Origin: Diadema antillarum
Lineage: Eukaryota
Reading direction: 5' to 3'
DNA length: 64,000 bases
Assembly (NCBI RefSeq): GCF_040938485.1
Contig: NW_027271609.1
Span: 1,116,001 to 1,180,000, forward strand
Part shown: one piece after another, positions 14,313 through 26,690 of the stretch
Layout of the letters: every line of letters starts with the position of its first letter
How positions within the stretch are numbered: position 1 is the first letter of the stretch
The notes under the pieces: generated by a model
Told to the model about the DNA's origin: nothing
Database searches by the model: none
What the model saw: the letters and a program-made list of their open reading frames with translations, nothing else
Position numbers and translations under genes: made by a program

Positions 14313-15164
14313 AACTAGAAATGTCGCTACAGCGACTGGTTATACCCCCGCCAAACAACATTTCATAAGCTTTGGTCAAAACAACATTTCATAAGCTTTG
14401 GTCAAAAAACTGAGGAAGTAGTTAAATCCGCAAGATCTTTCCTTGATCTTCTGCCATTAATATGCCGTTACCATGGCAACGTACTTTCGGGTACTGTCGA
14501 AAAACGCGTCTTGCACATCTACAACCAAAGGCACACATCTGTACCAAGTTTCATGGAAATTGGGCAAAAACTGAGGAAGTAGTTTGCAACACAAAATTTT
14601 CCATCATTTTGGCTCATAATATGTGAGCTGTTACCATGGCAACATACTTTTTGTCACTGTCAAGAAATGTGTCATGCTGACCTATATCCTAAGACAAACA
14701 TTCAATATGAATTCCATGAGAATTGGAAGAACACTGATGAAGCAGTTTTGCAATGAAGCATTTTGCCCTATATTTTACCAATAACATGCCGTTACCATGG
14801 CAACGCACTTTTTGCCACTGCGGAAATATGTGTCATGCACATTAACATATTCAGATGAACATCTGTACCTAATTTCATAAAAATTGATCAAAAACTGTGG
14901 GAGGAGTTCGCGACGCAAGATTTGTACCCATTTTTGCCCATAATATGCCGTTACCATGGCAACATACTTTTGGGTACTGTCAAAAAATACGTCTTGCACA
15001 TCTACAACCCAAGGCACACATCTGTGCCAAGTTTTATGGGAATTGGTCGAAAACTGAGGAAGTAGTTCGCGACGCAAGATTTGCAACGGACCGACAGCCC
15101 GACCGCCCGACCGTCCGCTGATTCCTATATACCCCCTTCAAACTTCGTTTGGCGGGGGTATAAC
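14313..15164 (+). mobile_element. Helentron-associated element (HINE-like), copy 2, with about 160-bp degenerate repeats
   Basis: AACTAGAAATGTCGC-taca-GCGAC start; subTIR TATACCCCCGCCAAAC (14341-14356); (CCGA)n-like microsatellite; 3' stem-loop 15128-15162. Confidence 0.8.
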
Positions 15165-15230
15165 GAAATATCTGATATTATGAACAAATTGTCTTGGTCC
15201 AAAGGATCTTGTTATACCGAGTTTCCACAG

Positions 15231-15415
15231 TACAGTCAACCTTGCCTAAGTCGAATCTATTTGGACTGAAGAAAAAGCTTCAACTTTGAGAAAATTCAAC
15301 TTATGAGGGATTCAAAATCCGTAGAATATAAAGACAAGAGAACTTCAAAAGACCTTAGATTTAGACAATTATTTGACTTATGAAAGGTTGACTTTTAAAA
15401 GCTAGGTCGACTGTA
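15231..15415. mobile_element. Tc1/mariner (pogo/Tigger-like) MITE
   Basis: TACAGTCAACCT...AGGTCGACTGTA ends. Confidence 0.65.
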
Positions 15416-15921
15416 AGTGTCATTCACGCAGAGAAAATAGCGGAATGTCGATTGCGATCAAAATACTGAGATTTTTGCTCCCATTCAGGTGGACATAAAC
15501 ATCTTGTTCATTGCCAATCGCAATAATTTGTCGACCAAACTGTGCATTGCAGCTGAATTTCATGAAACTGCAACTGAAGTTAATGAATTTGAACAAACTG
15601 CGCATACCTGAAATCTACTGCAGTGATGACCCATGCTCTTGCGTTTGTGCACTGTTGTGATGTGTAGTTTGAATGATGGGATAAAAGATTGCGAGATTCT
15701 TTGTTCCAACATACAGATACTTGCTGCATTGCAAATCATTGCACGATTTCTCTTACAATCGTGATAATTCTAAAATAACTGCAAGATAAATGGGGATTTG
15801 GATTGCGATGCTGATCGCACTATTTAGTGAGATTTTACATGTTCACACTGGCAGACAGATATCTTACGATAAGGATCGTGATGCAAACCTCAAGATTTGC
15901 ATCCCACTAATTTGTATCAGT

Positions 15922-16263
15922 AGTTACGTTTAGACGACGGGCCCTAACCTCAAGGTAAGGAAACCTTGAGGTTAAGCTCTTGCCCCCTAACTTCAACATG
16001 CGTCCACAAGACGAAGCTTAACCTCGAGGTAAGGAAACCTCGAGGTTAAACTCCTGCCCCTTTGAGTACGTTGATTTTTGTGTCCACATGGTGCTTAACT
16101 ACAAGTGGGACCCCCGCGGCTCGTAGTTAGAGCGCTAACCATGAGATATTTGGTGGCTCTTAACATCCAGCTAACCTCGAGGTTAGCTAACTACGAGTGC
16201 ATCTACACGGTCCCTAACTACAAGCTTAACCTCGAGGTTAAGGCTTTTCGTCTGAACGTAACT
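15922..16263. mobile_element. MITE with about 30-bp TIRs and a 3-bp direct flank (AGT), possibly PIF/Harbinger-like
   Basis: AGTTACGTTTAGACGA...TCGTCTGAACGTAACT; repeated internal TAACCTC(A/G)AGG(T) motifs. Confidence 0.65.
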
Positions 16264-17081
16264 AGTGTGAATGCTACTGTAGAAGTAGAAGTAGTAGAAG
16301 TAGAAGAGGTAGAAGTTGTAGTACTTAAGTAGTAGGAGAAGAAAAAAACAGGGGCAAAAGGGGGGGGGGGTAGGGCCTGTACGTGCCCTTCGGAGTGGCA
16401 TGACAGGAATGCATAACTGACAAGTTCTGATCCATGTCAATTACACTGTCTGTTGGTAGACTGTGGGTGGGAGACAGGGAAATATCTTGTCTACGGTTCA
16501 TGACATGTACAACTTCTCTAAATGACCTTAACATTTCTCTGTCTGCACACAGTACAAGGCTGGTTGGTATATTAGTTTTAAAGATTCATCCATCCCTACA
16601 AGGAAAACCAATTGGATTTAAAGTTGCAAAAGCCCAAATAAGGCAATGCAGCCTGGACAATTTTTCTTCTGATCTGCCATAACCCTTCAAGTACAATCCT
16701 TTTAATGTACCACTCAAATCAACCACATTATAGCAGTCAGTGATGGTACAATTGGAAATAGAATATTTTGATCCATACATATTCAGAATTAACAATATGT
16801 GCCAAAATAGCCCTTCCCTTGACTATTGCAAATATACTGTTGGGATTTTCATTGACTTGAATTCATGACTATGGATTTCACTTTCTACTATTCATTCCAT
16901 TGCCATAAGTTGTCAACAGCAAATCAAACTCCTTGCAAAGTTATCTTTTAAAATAATATAACTGCCAATTTCTAAGACATCTTGCTCACAAAATGCATGG
17001 TTTATACAATTATATCATAAAAATGAGAGACACATATAGTGTATAAATATATGATTCTTATCTCTCTCTCTCCCTCTCTCC

Positions 17082-17115
<34 letters not shown>

Positions 17116-17185
17116 TAAATATACCTTTTAAAAAATCTCTCAAGAGATGCATACTGTGCTATCCCCATGCTATTCACTTGAGCTG

Positions 17186-17198
17186 GTTGCTAGGCAAC
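17186..17198. promoter_or_regulatory. RFX X-box-like motif GTTGCTAGGCAAC
   Basis: Matches the RFX consensus GTTRCY-N(0-3)-RGYAAC in non-repeat sequence; function untested. Confidence 0.5.
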
Positions 17199-17652
17199 AG
17201 ACTTTGCCGATGGAGACATGGCACAGGAAATGGCAAGTCTGAAGAGTACGCCACTTTTCTGGATGAATCAGGAATTTAAGGATGATTACCACACTTCCTC
17301 ACCAAATCTTTACAGCATAATACCTTGTTGGGGTTTTGAAGGAAAGGAAAAAAAATAGAAGCGACAAGTAAAAGACCGGTACCAGAGAAGTTTCTTCTAA
17401 GTTTCAACTCATCAGTTTGGTTATATATTCAGCAATGATTTCATACATTTGCAGAATAAAAAAAAAGTAGAATAAACTACTGATCTTACATACAGTTGGC
17501 CTCAAAATAGTATAATTTGTTGTTTTTTTGTAGCACTTTTCGCAGCCAGTGTTATACAAAATTTATAGCTGAACACATTTCTTTGAAGATAGTTCCAATA
17601 CATTCTGCATGGTCCATGCATCAAAAAAGGCACTTTAGTCGTGCAGTGAACT

Positions 17653-17689
<37 letters not shown>

Positions 17690-18202
17690 GTCCCTCCCTG
17701 TCTCGATCTGCCTGTCTGTCTGTTTGTTTCTCTGTCACTCTCTCAAGACACCTGATGTTATTCTAAGCAATACTCAAAACTAATGGTCTTGACTTAGAAG
17801 TCAGTCTTGAGTCTATCATCATGAAGGTATGAAACTCACACTCTTTAAAAAAAAAAAATTAAAAAGGAAGAAAATATGAGGATCCGTCTAGAAAACTAAA
17901 TTGTAACAACACAACCACCTGCCCCCACAAAAAAAGGTGGGTAAATAAGTAGCAAAATATACAATGAGAGAAATATGTTTAGTTAAGAAACAGTTTTGAC
18001 CTTGATTCTTGTATGCAATATGAGTTTGATTCTACAATGTATTTATAGATAGCAAAACAACTACAAGAATATGATAACACAGTCCATGGTTTCTGTGACA
18101 CAAAAATTCAGACTACATAGTTTCACAACTTTCAACAACGGAACTTGAGCAAAAGAGGGCAGACTAAAATTCACCTCTGTAGTAACTTCCACATTCTTTA
18201 GA

Positions 18203-18593
18203 TTAAAGGGTGTGTACAGTTCTGGTCGAGGTGAAGATTTAGCTTTTAACGTTTTGTGAGATATTTAGAAAACACTCTATGAGATGTCAAAGAGCATGCA
18301 GTTCTAAGGGGTATCAAAAGTTTATTCGATGAAAATCGGTTTTGAAATGGCTGAGATATCCAAAAACAAGGTGAAACAAAGAGATACTAATAAAGTTGGG
18401 GCATGTCGCCTTTTATTATTAGCACTTTTTTGAATATCTCAGCAATTTGAAAACCAATTTTCATCAAATAAACGTTGAATCCTTCTTAGAATTGCATGCT
18501 CTTCCATATTTCATAAGAGGCTTTTCATTATCTCACTTAGGAATGTTCAAAACATGAATCCCTACCTCAACCAGTACTGTACAGTCCCTTTAA
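18203..18593 (-). mobile_element. TTAA-flanked T2/Kolobok-like MITE, subfamily A (opposite orientation)
   Basis: TTAAAGGGTGTGTACAG...CTGTACAGTCCCTTTAA; reverse complement of the 1821 copy. Confidence 0.85.
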
Positions 18594-19234
18594 GGGAAAT
18601 ATTTTGCAACAACGCCTTGGAATGTCCAGTCAACACGTTCTTTCTTCTTTTCCACCTTTTTCTTTTCTTTTCTTTTTGACGGTGCACAAGTTTTGAATCT
18701 GAAACTAGTAGGTATTCATTCCCAAGTCTTTGAAAAACTGTTGTAGTTAAGTTCTGTTATCCATGACTACATTCTGATTGGTGCATTTCGATCAGCATTT
18801 CCTCGGTATATAAGCAAGTTATTGATAGGTATATATGTCCATGAATCTGTTTGATTACATTTTTATTTCTTGGAAACATGTAAACTCAATGAAAGCATGG
18901 TAAATTTCTAAGATATGAAATTAAAAAAAAAGAAATCATAATTTCTGCTTGATTTTGTCAAACCATCACTGTAAGCATGATGCAACTCATACGATGAGTC
19001 AAATTGAAGACAAAAATGGAATTTCCCTTTTTACACAAACCATCCACTCAGAAGGTTACATACACTGTGGGTGGGGGGGGGGGGGGGGGGAGGGTTAGGA
19101 TCATGAGGAAAATGAGATCAGAGATTAGCAAGAGATACGAGTATATCCTGCAGAGTGTAAGAAAGACTACATGATAATACTCATTGTAACTTAGCAATAG
19201 ATCATCTTAACCTGTTCCATACGGGAACCTGGTG

Positions 19235-19972
19235 GCCTGTGTTTACCTTTGGGAGCAGCGATTAAAAAAAAAAATTAAGATACCACATTTGATGCATATA
19301 TGTGAAAGTCTTTGTATCACAAAACATCCTACCATATAGAATATTTGCAATAAAGTCTAAAATATGAGGAAATATCAGTATTTTTCTCATTAAATCGTAA
19401 CTGTAGATGGTTTAGTTTGGAAACATATCGTTCATATTTTGTGTATTCAATTATTTCAACAATAGTTAAAGGGATAGTACAGTATTGGTGGAGATGAGAA
19501 TTGGGTTTTTGCGAGATACCAAGAAAACACTTATGAAATAGTACAGAGCATACCATTTTAAGAGGAATTCAAAGTTTATTTGATGAAAATCGGGTTTGAA
19601 ATGACTGAAACATCCAAAAACAAGTAAAACAAAGTGATTGTAATAAAATGTGGGTCCCACACTTTATAAGAATCACTCTGTTTTGGATATCTCAGCCATT
19701 TCAAAACCAATTTTCATCAAATAAATATTGAATTCCCCATGGAATTACATGCTCTTTCATATTTCATAAAAGGTTTGTTATTATCTCACCAAAAAAATGT
19801 TAGAAACCTGAAATTAGGTCTCAACCAAAACTATACAATCACTTTAACATCCACTATACCGATTCCAATTTTTACAGTGGTTGTTTCTTTCCATAACTCA
19901 CATTTTAGAACTATTTTAAAGCACTAATACTGGGTTTTTGTTTCTTCTGCAAATGGTAAATCATGCCTTTAA
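19235..19972 (+). mobile_element. Family C element interrupted by a subfamily B MITE
   Basis: The two halves rejoin at a TTAA site; ends ATCATGCCTTTAA. Confidence 0.75.
19466..19847 (+). mobile_element. T2/Kolobok-like MITE, subfamily B, nested in a family C element
   Basis: TTAAAGGGATAGTACAG...ACAATCACTTTAA. Confidence 0.85.
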
Positions 19973-20530
19973 GTCTAATGGGACTTCAAAATCAAGTATG
20001 GAAAATCTTCCACCCATCAGTATGACAACAGAGCAGGGATACTGAAAATGCTAACCATTTGAGCAGAGCAATGAACACAACTTTACCCAGCAAGCGACAC
20101 GAGTAAATGCATACTATGAAATCCATGACATGGCAGCAATAGTTGTCAATGGCATCCACATGTTCCGCAGTGTTGTTACAACAGCCACAACTTCACTTTT
20201 CGGAGAGAAAAAACATCCATGTGACATAAACCAGATGAAACTCTCAGTAAACAATCACAAAACGGACAATCGCTGTTGCTTTTCCTATGCCCAACGCTCC
20301 AAGCAAATACAATATCTGGCACTGATTAATGGTGTGTACATCACAAGGAATTAAGACACACAAGTGCAATGATTGACATCCAAAGATTATCTACTGGCAA
20401 GACAATGTGATGTCCAATCTGCTCACCAGGCAAATATTTCCATATTCAGACAGAAAAAAATATTGAGTGTGGTCCTTCAAACTGACATATTTTCCAAAAT
20501 GATATCACGTTTTCCTCTTGTAGTACTCAC

Positions 20531-20789
20531 TTGAGGAGATGAGGATTCCCGCTGGACAAGTTCGCAACATCACAACATTTTGAAATTCTTAACACTTCCG
20601 CGCTTACCCATCTCTCCCGAAAATAAAGCAACCACAAAACTGCTGTATTTTTGGTACAAGGTCCCTGCTAATCAGCGGGTTCGAGCCGAGAGAAAGGGAG
20701 AGAGGATATAAAAATACCGTGGAGCGTTGTATGACGTGTGACACAATACCAAGCAACGATTGAAGCTTGTGAGATACAGCACCAGCTCC
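20531..20789 (-). other. Candidate exon with two alternative donors (after 20608 and after 20531)
   Basis: (TG)n-tacag| acceptor; GG|GTAAGC and CAA|GTGAGT donors. Confidence 0.3.
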
Positions 20790-21083
20790 CTGTACACATA
20801 CACACACACACATACACATACACATCTATAGGCAAGTACGCTGAAACTTTCACAAGCTCTGGAAGCTCTGCATTTGATAGTCTCTGTTCCCAGACAACTT
20901 TTTTTTTTTCTGTAGTGTTGAAGGCACAGCATTTCTTGGCTTTGCAAACTTACAGAATCGTTTGAACTAGAATGTTACTGGTTTGTCATATGTTTTGTTT
21001 ATTCATGCAGTTGCATTAACTACATTGATTATTCCACTGATAACAGATTGGGACCTGATTAGTTTCTTGCACTTTTACAGTAG

Positions 21084-21472
21084 TTAAAGGGATCGTCTAG
21101 TTTTGGTTGAGACCTAATTTCAGGTTTCTAACATTTTTTGGTGAGATTATGAGAAACCTCTTATGAAATATGAAAGAGCATGTAATTCCATGAGGAATTC
21201 AAAGTTTATTTGATGAAAATTGGTTTTGAAATGGCTGAGATATCCAAAACAGAGCGATTCAATAAAGTGTGGGACCCACATTTTATTACTATCCCTTTGT
21301 TTTACTTTGTTTTTGGATGTTTCAGTCATTCCAAACCCGATTTTCATCAAATACAGTTTGAATTCCTGTTAAAATGGTATGCTCTGTACTATTTCATAAG
21401 TGTTTTCTTGGTATCTTCCAAAAAGTTAAAAACCCAACTTTCATCTCTACCAATACTGTACTATCCCTTTAA
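21084..21472 (-). mobile_element. T2/Kolobok-like MITE, subfamily B
   Basis: TTAAAGGGATCGT...TACTATCCCTTTAA; reverse complement of the 19466 copy. Confidence 0.85.
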
Positions 21473-21540
21473 TTTTTTTCCTGAGCTGTTTTCTTCGACA
21501 CACAATACAGCCCACTGTTTGTCTCTATCAAGTTCATTCA

Positions 21541-22106
21541 AGGGCTTTTTACACTTGTGTTTCTTAACCCCGGACTTTCTCTGACCCAGGACTATCGTTA
21601 GTCCCGTACCAATTTTTTCAGCTTTTTACACTCGCCAATTAGTCCCGTACTATCTCTTGTCCGGGGCTAAGGAGAAAACTGACCTTTTTACACTCATATT
21701 TCTTAGCCCCGGACTTTCCAAACCACATGAATATTCATAATTACGCTGTGTACTGTACACGTACACGCACGCACCGGCAGCACTTGATTGCCTCGTTTCT
21801 GATTGGTCAGTGAGGGTCGGACTTCGTCTCCGTCGCTTAGCCCAGGATTATTTTTTCGTTCTGTTTACACTCACTTGCTTGGCACCGCAATTGCGGTGCT
21901 AGCACCGCAATTGCGGTGCTAACCCCTGCTATTTTGCAGGGCCAGATAGTACCGTACTATCGGTGGGGCTAGCCCACTTTGGCAAAAACGAGTGTAAACA
22001 GAAAGTGGGCTAAGGATAGTCCCGTACCAACGGTGGGGCTAAGGCCCCCCCTTAGCCCCACCGATAGTCCGGGGCTAAGCAAAAATTTACAAGTGTAAAA
22101 AGCCCT
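21541..22106. mobile_element. PIF/Harbinger-like MITE with a 3-bp TCA TSD
   Basis: AGGGCTTTTTACACTTGT...ACAAGTGTAAAAAGCCCT; TCA on both flanks; repeated TTAGCCCC, TAGTCCCG and TTTACACT motifs. Confidence 0.75.
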
Positions 22107-22453
22107 TCAGAAAGCTTTGGCAAGCAAGTACAGAAGAAAAGACTTTATAGTAGACTAATTAATCGCAAGTAAAGCAGAACCATTGTGACATCACTGAGAC
22201 TATTGTTCCTGCGTTGTGAAACTTGGCAAAGACTCTATCTCTTGATGCCATCTTTGACACCCCACCCCCAGCGCTAGCTCCTTCCTTAACCCTGACTTAA
22301 CCCTTCCTGTGCCAAGGGCTTTAGATGGTGCGCATAATACTACAAGTTTTTCTGCTCCAACTGGTACTACAAGCACACAAGTGATAGAAAGAAGAAATAT
22401 ATGTACACTCATATATACACCAACACATCTTCATTTTGAAATGTTTCAATTTA

Positions 22454-22831
22454 TTAAAAAGGTCCTGCTTACGACTAGGAGCAGTGATTTTTAAAAAAAA
22501 ATAAGTGAGTTATCACATTTGATGCACATGTGTAGGTCAGTTGTATCACAAAACATCCTACCATATATAAAAAATTGCAACAAAGCCTGACATATAAGGA
22601 GATATCACCTTTTTTTTTCTCAATAAACCATAACTGTAGATGATTTATTCTAGAAACAATTTTATTATAACTATTGTCCACATTTTGTACATTTAACAAT
22701 GATAAACATTGATTATACTGATTAACTTTTTCACGTTGGTTGTTTCTATCCCTAATTCACATTTTAGAACTATTTTTAAGCACTAAAGCTAGGTTTTTAT
22801 TTCATCTGCAAATGGTAAATAATGCCTTTAA
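22454..22831 (+). mobile_element. Family C element
   Basis: AAAGGTCCTGCTTAC...CATCTGCAAATGGTAAATAATGCCTTTAA. Confidence 0.75.
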
Positions 22832-25800
22832 CCCATTAAGGACGAATCTGGAGTATACTTGGGCCAGCGTCTGTGGGAAATGCATATTGTAGCAAAATCA
22901 AACCGCAGCCGAGTGCATGTTTGCAACCGTTGTCAATACTCGAGAGTGAGCCGCACCTTCACTAACGCCACGAAATAATCCTGTGCATCATTAGTTTTAT
23001 AAAATGGGTCGAAAACTAACAGCATTATTCACGTATCTTTGTGGGTCAATACCAGTCAGCTACATGTAGCACTCGCTCAAAAGTCAAGATGTCCGAAGAT
23101 GTTCGTCCCAAACATTTACGCACGTCGCACTCGGAAATCCCGCACAGTACTGTACGTACGTATAAGAGTATACGTACGCCACGTACTGTTATGCACAAGA
23201 AAGGCCGCCGGCTGTTGTGGCAGCCCGTGGCCCGAACTAGAAGTTGTTTACAGGATTGACAGCGCGTATAGTAGCGCGTGACGCACTTGTAACAACTGAG
23301 TGAGTGCGCACTGCTAGTGTAAAACATTGTGACGTACGTCAGGCCAGGGAAGTGGAAGAGAGACTCTTCTTAGTGCTTACCTGAAGAAAATAATGCACGC
23401 ACACGTGACTCATTTCAGCGCTTCCAATTGGCTACATTCTTGAACCCATTTTATAACAAAAGATAATGGAATGAAACTTTCCCTAGACACATGCACTGTC
23501 TTTTGGTAATAATATCCTATCATCCACTAGGTGAAATAGTATATAATGTGTCTGCATGTATGCAAGCTGGAATTGTCAGTTCCTGAAATAGATATTTCCT
23601 GAACAAAGATGACTTTCATTTGCAGGTCAATAATGTATCAAATAAGTATATAAAGGATAAGTTGTGATTCAGTTGATGAACTCCAATGCTGAATTTTCAA
23701 TAGCAGAACATTCAAAAACTATATCCCTTTGCATGCATGAGTTTTTCATCACAAGAATCAAGAATCCAAGCTGAGACCACTGAAAGAAGTAGGCCTATAC
23801 TTTGAAAATTTGCATCAGCACCAAAAACAGGTCATTCTTTGCATTGGAGGTGAAATTTTCTGAGGTCATAAGTCCTTGACCTTTAAAAAAAAAACTTGAC
23901 ATATGGGGCCTGAATGCAAGACTAATGGGAAGCACGCGGCTTTGGTGAATTTCATGGGCATGAGGTCCCATCACTGTAAATGACGTGGATGCCTAAAATG
24001 TTTTGAATACCAACATTCACATGGATGATGAAGCAACATCATCGTTATGGAAACACGCGGCCAGCATTTTTTCAGACCTCATGACACTAGGGGGCCTACA
24101 GCTGCGCTGGTGTCGTAAAAAAGACCTCAGCCAGATGAACGCGCCCATTTCACATTTATATACTAGGACTGGTTTTTGGCAGCACTCTGGAGTGAGCAAA
24201 AAGACTGAACAGTACCTCACAATGGCATAAGTACATCCACAACTGAAAATTAAAGTGAAACTACACCTCATGATGTATTCATCTTTGTAATGAATAATTC
24301 TCATCATCTATCAGTTACACGTTGACTTCAGATTCTGGCAGACATACAGCTATCTTTGATAGACATTACATCTGGGGGGGGGGGGGGGGGGGGGACAAGA
24401 CCTCAAATATTACATCATGTATTTTCAGGAGAGTGAAATAAAACTTTTTCTTTTTCATTTCTGTGACATTTCTGCAAAATAATGTTGCTGTTCTTATCAC
24501 TTTATGCAGAAACATTGATTGGATTACATTAATAACTAATATTTTACAACTTACATCAGTACTTTTGATACTCACATTTTTGAGTTAGGAGGATTTTTAT
24601 GTCGGCCAATTGAGATATGACGTCTTGACGCCCCAGGGATAACAGGCCGGTTTAATTTATAATTCAAACTGATGCTTCTGGGCATTTTGAATTATTTAAC
24701 TTATAAAAAAAAATGTATTCAATCACGGGTCTTTGAGATTTGATGCAGTAAATTTTGGATGCTATATCTCCTGCAATAATTAAATTGTAATAGTCCACTG
24801 ATTATTTCTAAGGTATTTCAAGCATAGGTGAGAAATGCACTGTGTATTCATTTCTACCTCAATTCATTGTGTTTGTATGAAATATCAACGTATTAAGAAT
24901 ATGTATTTTTATATTGTTTTCTTTTTTTTCTCATGCTTTGTTTTGTACAATGTCACTCTTTCTTGAAAATGATATGATTGGAAATGGAAATGGAAATGCA
25001 TTTGTGAAAGGGGTATTATTCTACAGAGGAGCTAGTTGCTCTGGTTGGATGAAAGTCTGCTATCCCGAAATCTACACAGAATGTTTGGAATGCCTGGCAT
25101 TGCATCACATAGAGGGATGACTCTAAATCATGTGCACATTACCTGTCTGGCTTGACATATAAACTACCTTGTAAAAATTACTTGTAAATTGAATTTTGGA
25201 GGAGTGCCATTGTAGAGTTACTAACTGTGCTGATGCTATAGAAGAGACATGCTGACACTCCCACCCTAACCTTTTACGTGACAGTTCATGGTGAAGGTGT
25301 AGGCATGGTTGATCAAGGAGCTAATATTATAGATCCTTCAAACTCAGCAAACCATGAATTCTTTGTGGGGTACTTGAAAGGTGTTCTAATGATGATCAAC
25401 TTTGCTCTCTCTTCTATGATGAAATGAATACAAAATTATGGCAAATATCTGAAAAAAATACAATGTATATATGTAAGCATGCTATTTTGAATGTAATCAC
25501 ATCTCAGTTGATATATATCACTTCTTGTTTCATTTTTATTACATTTGGTACGAAACTGGGAGAAAGCTTGTTTACACACAAATTGAAAAAGATCAGCGCT
25601 GTCTTCACTCAGTTGCTGGGACATAAGATGTCAAGGAATTTGGGTGAACTTAAAAACCACAGCCATGCTGTTCACGCCCGAGGACAAGTTCAATCGAGAA
25701 AAAGAAACTTAAACCAAGTAGCCTACATCCACTAAGGCCAACTTTATCCCCAAGCAACCTATGATGGGGTGCCTCATGTCCGTATCCTCTCATAAGTCTT

Positions 25801-26109
25801 TCGAGTCAAATTTCCACCCCAGGGCGTTGAGTGTACCCCTTTGGAGGGATTGCAGTTTCTCTATCAGGATGGGTTGGGGGGGGGGGGGGAGGGGGACGTC
25901 AAACATTTACACGTAAATACAGTATTTCTGGTCACAACTATGATGTGATTCTATGGCTATCCTATGGATGAAATCTTTTTACTCCATTTTTCTCCAAGAG
26001 ACTGTAATTTTCTTCAGGGACAGTGCATAGTGCACCAGATTTTCCTAAACAAGGTTTGAAACATTGGGGATATTATGCTATAATTTTTTTTCTTACACAC
26101 TTCCTTTTT

Positions 26110-26690
26110 TTCCTATTCAGGAAAGCAAAAAACAAAAAAAGAAAAATATAGAGAAAAAATAGAAAGAAAGAAGTGTATTCTTGTGATCTGATTGTAATGA
26201 GAACAGCCTCTTCATGCTAAAGAATAAATGTATGTTCCTAGATGCCACAAATATTTTGCTGCATGGTCTTATTTTTGCTAATCTAAAAAGCTGAGTAGTA
26301 CCCTCAAAATCAACAACATGCCATAATATTAATGCCTCCTTTGTAATACCGATGCTTAGGAGAGGGGGGGAAAAGGTCAGAGCAGGGATGAGGTGGAAAG
26401 GAATACATGATGCTATTTCAGAAAGATATGGCGCAAGAGAAGACAGAAGAGAAATATTGACTGAAGAAATGAGGAAAAGTGAAGCCAGAAAAAAAGATGA
26501 TGATAAGAGAAGAGAAAGATAACACTTGCAGAGAAAAGGGATAGAAGATGAAAGAAAAGACAAAGCACAGAAGAAAGGGAAAAATGGAGAAGAGAAAAGT
26601 CATAGGGAAAAACAAGAGGAAAATAAAATGAACAGAGAAAATGAAGAAAGGGGGGAAAAGGGATAAACGGGAGAAATGGGAAGATAAGGG
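26110..26690. repeat. Purine-rich (GAA/GAAA) low-complexity tract
   Basis: A/G-rich plus strand on both sides of a short unique core. Confidence 0.8.

Noticed and set aside
24631-24645. CCCCAGGGATAACAG resembling a conserved LSU rRNA or I-SceI site segment
   Set aside because: The match is only about 15 nt and the flanks show no rRNA-like sequence, so it is not called a NUMT or rRNA.
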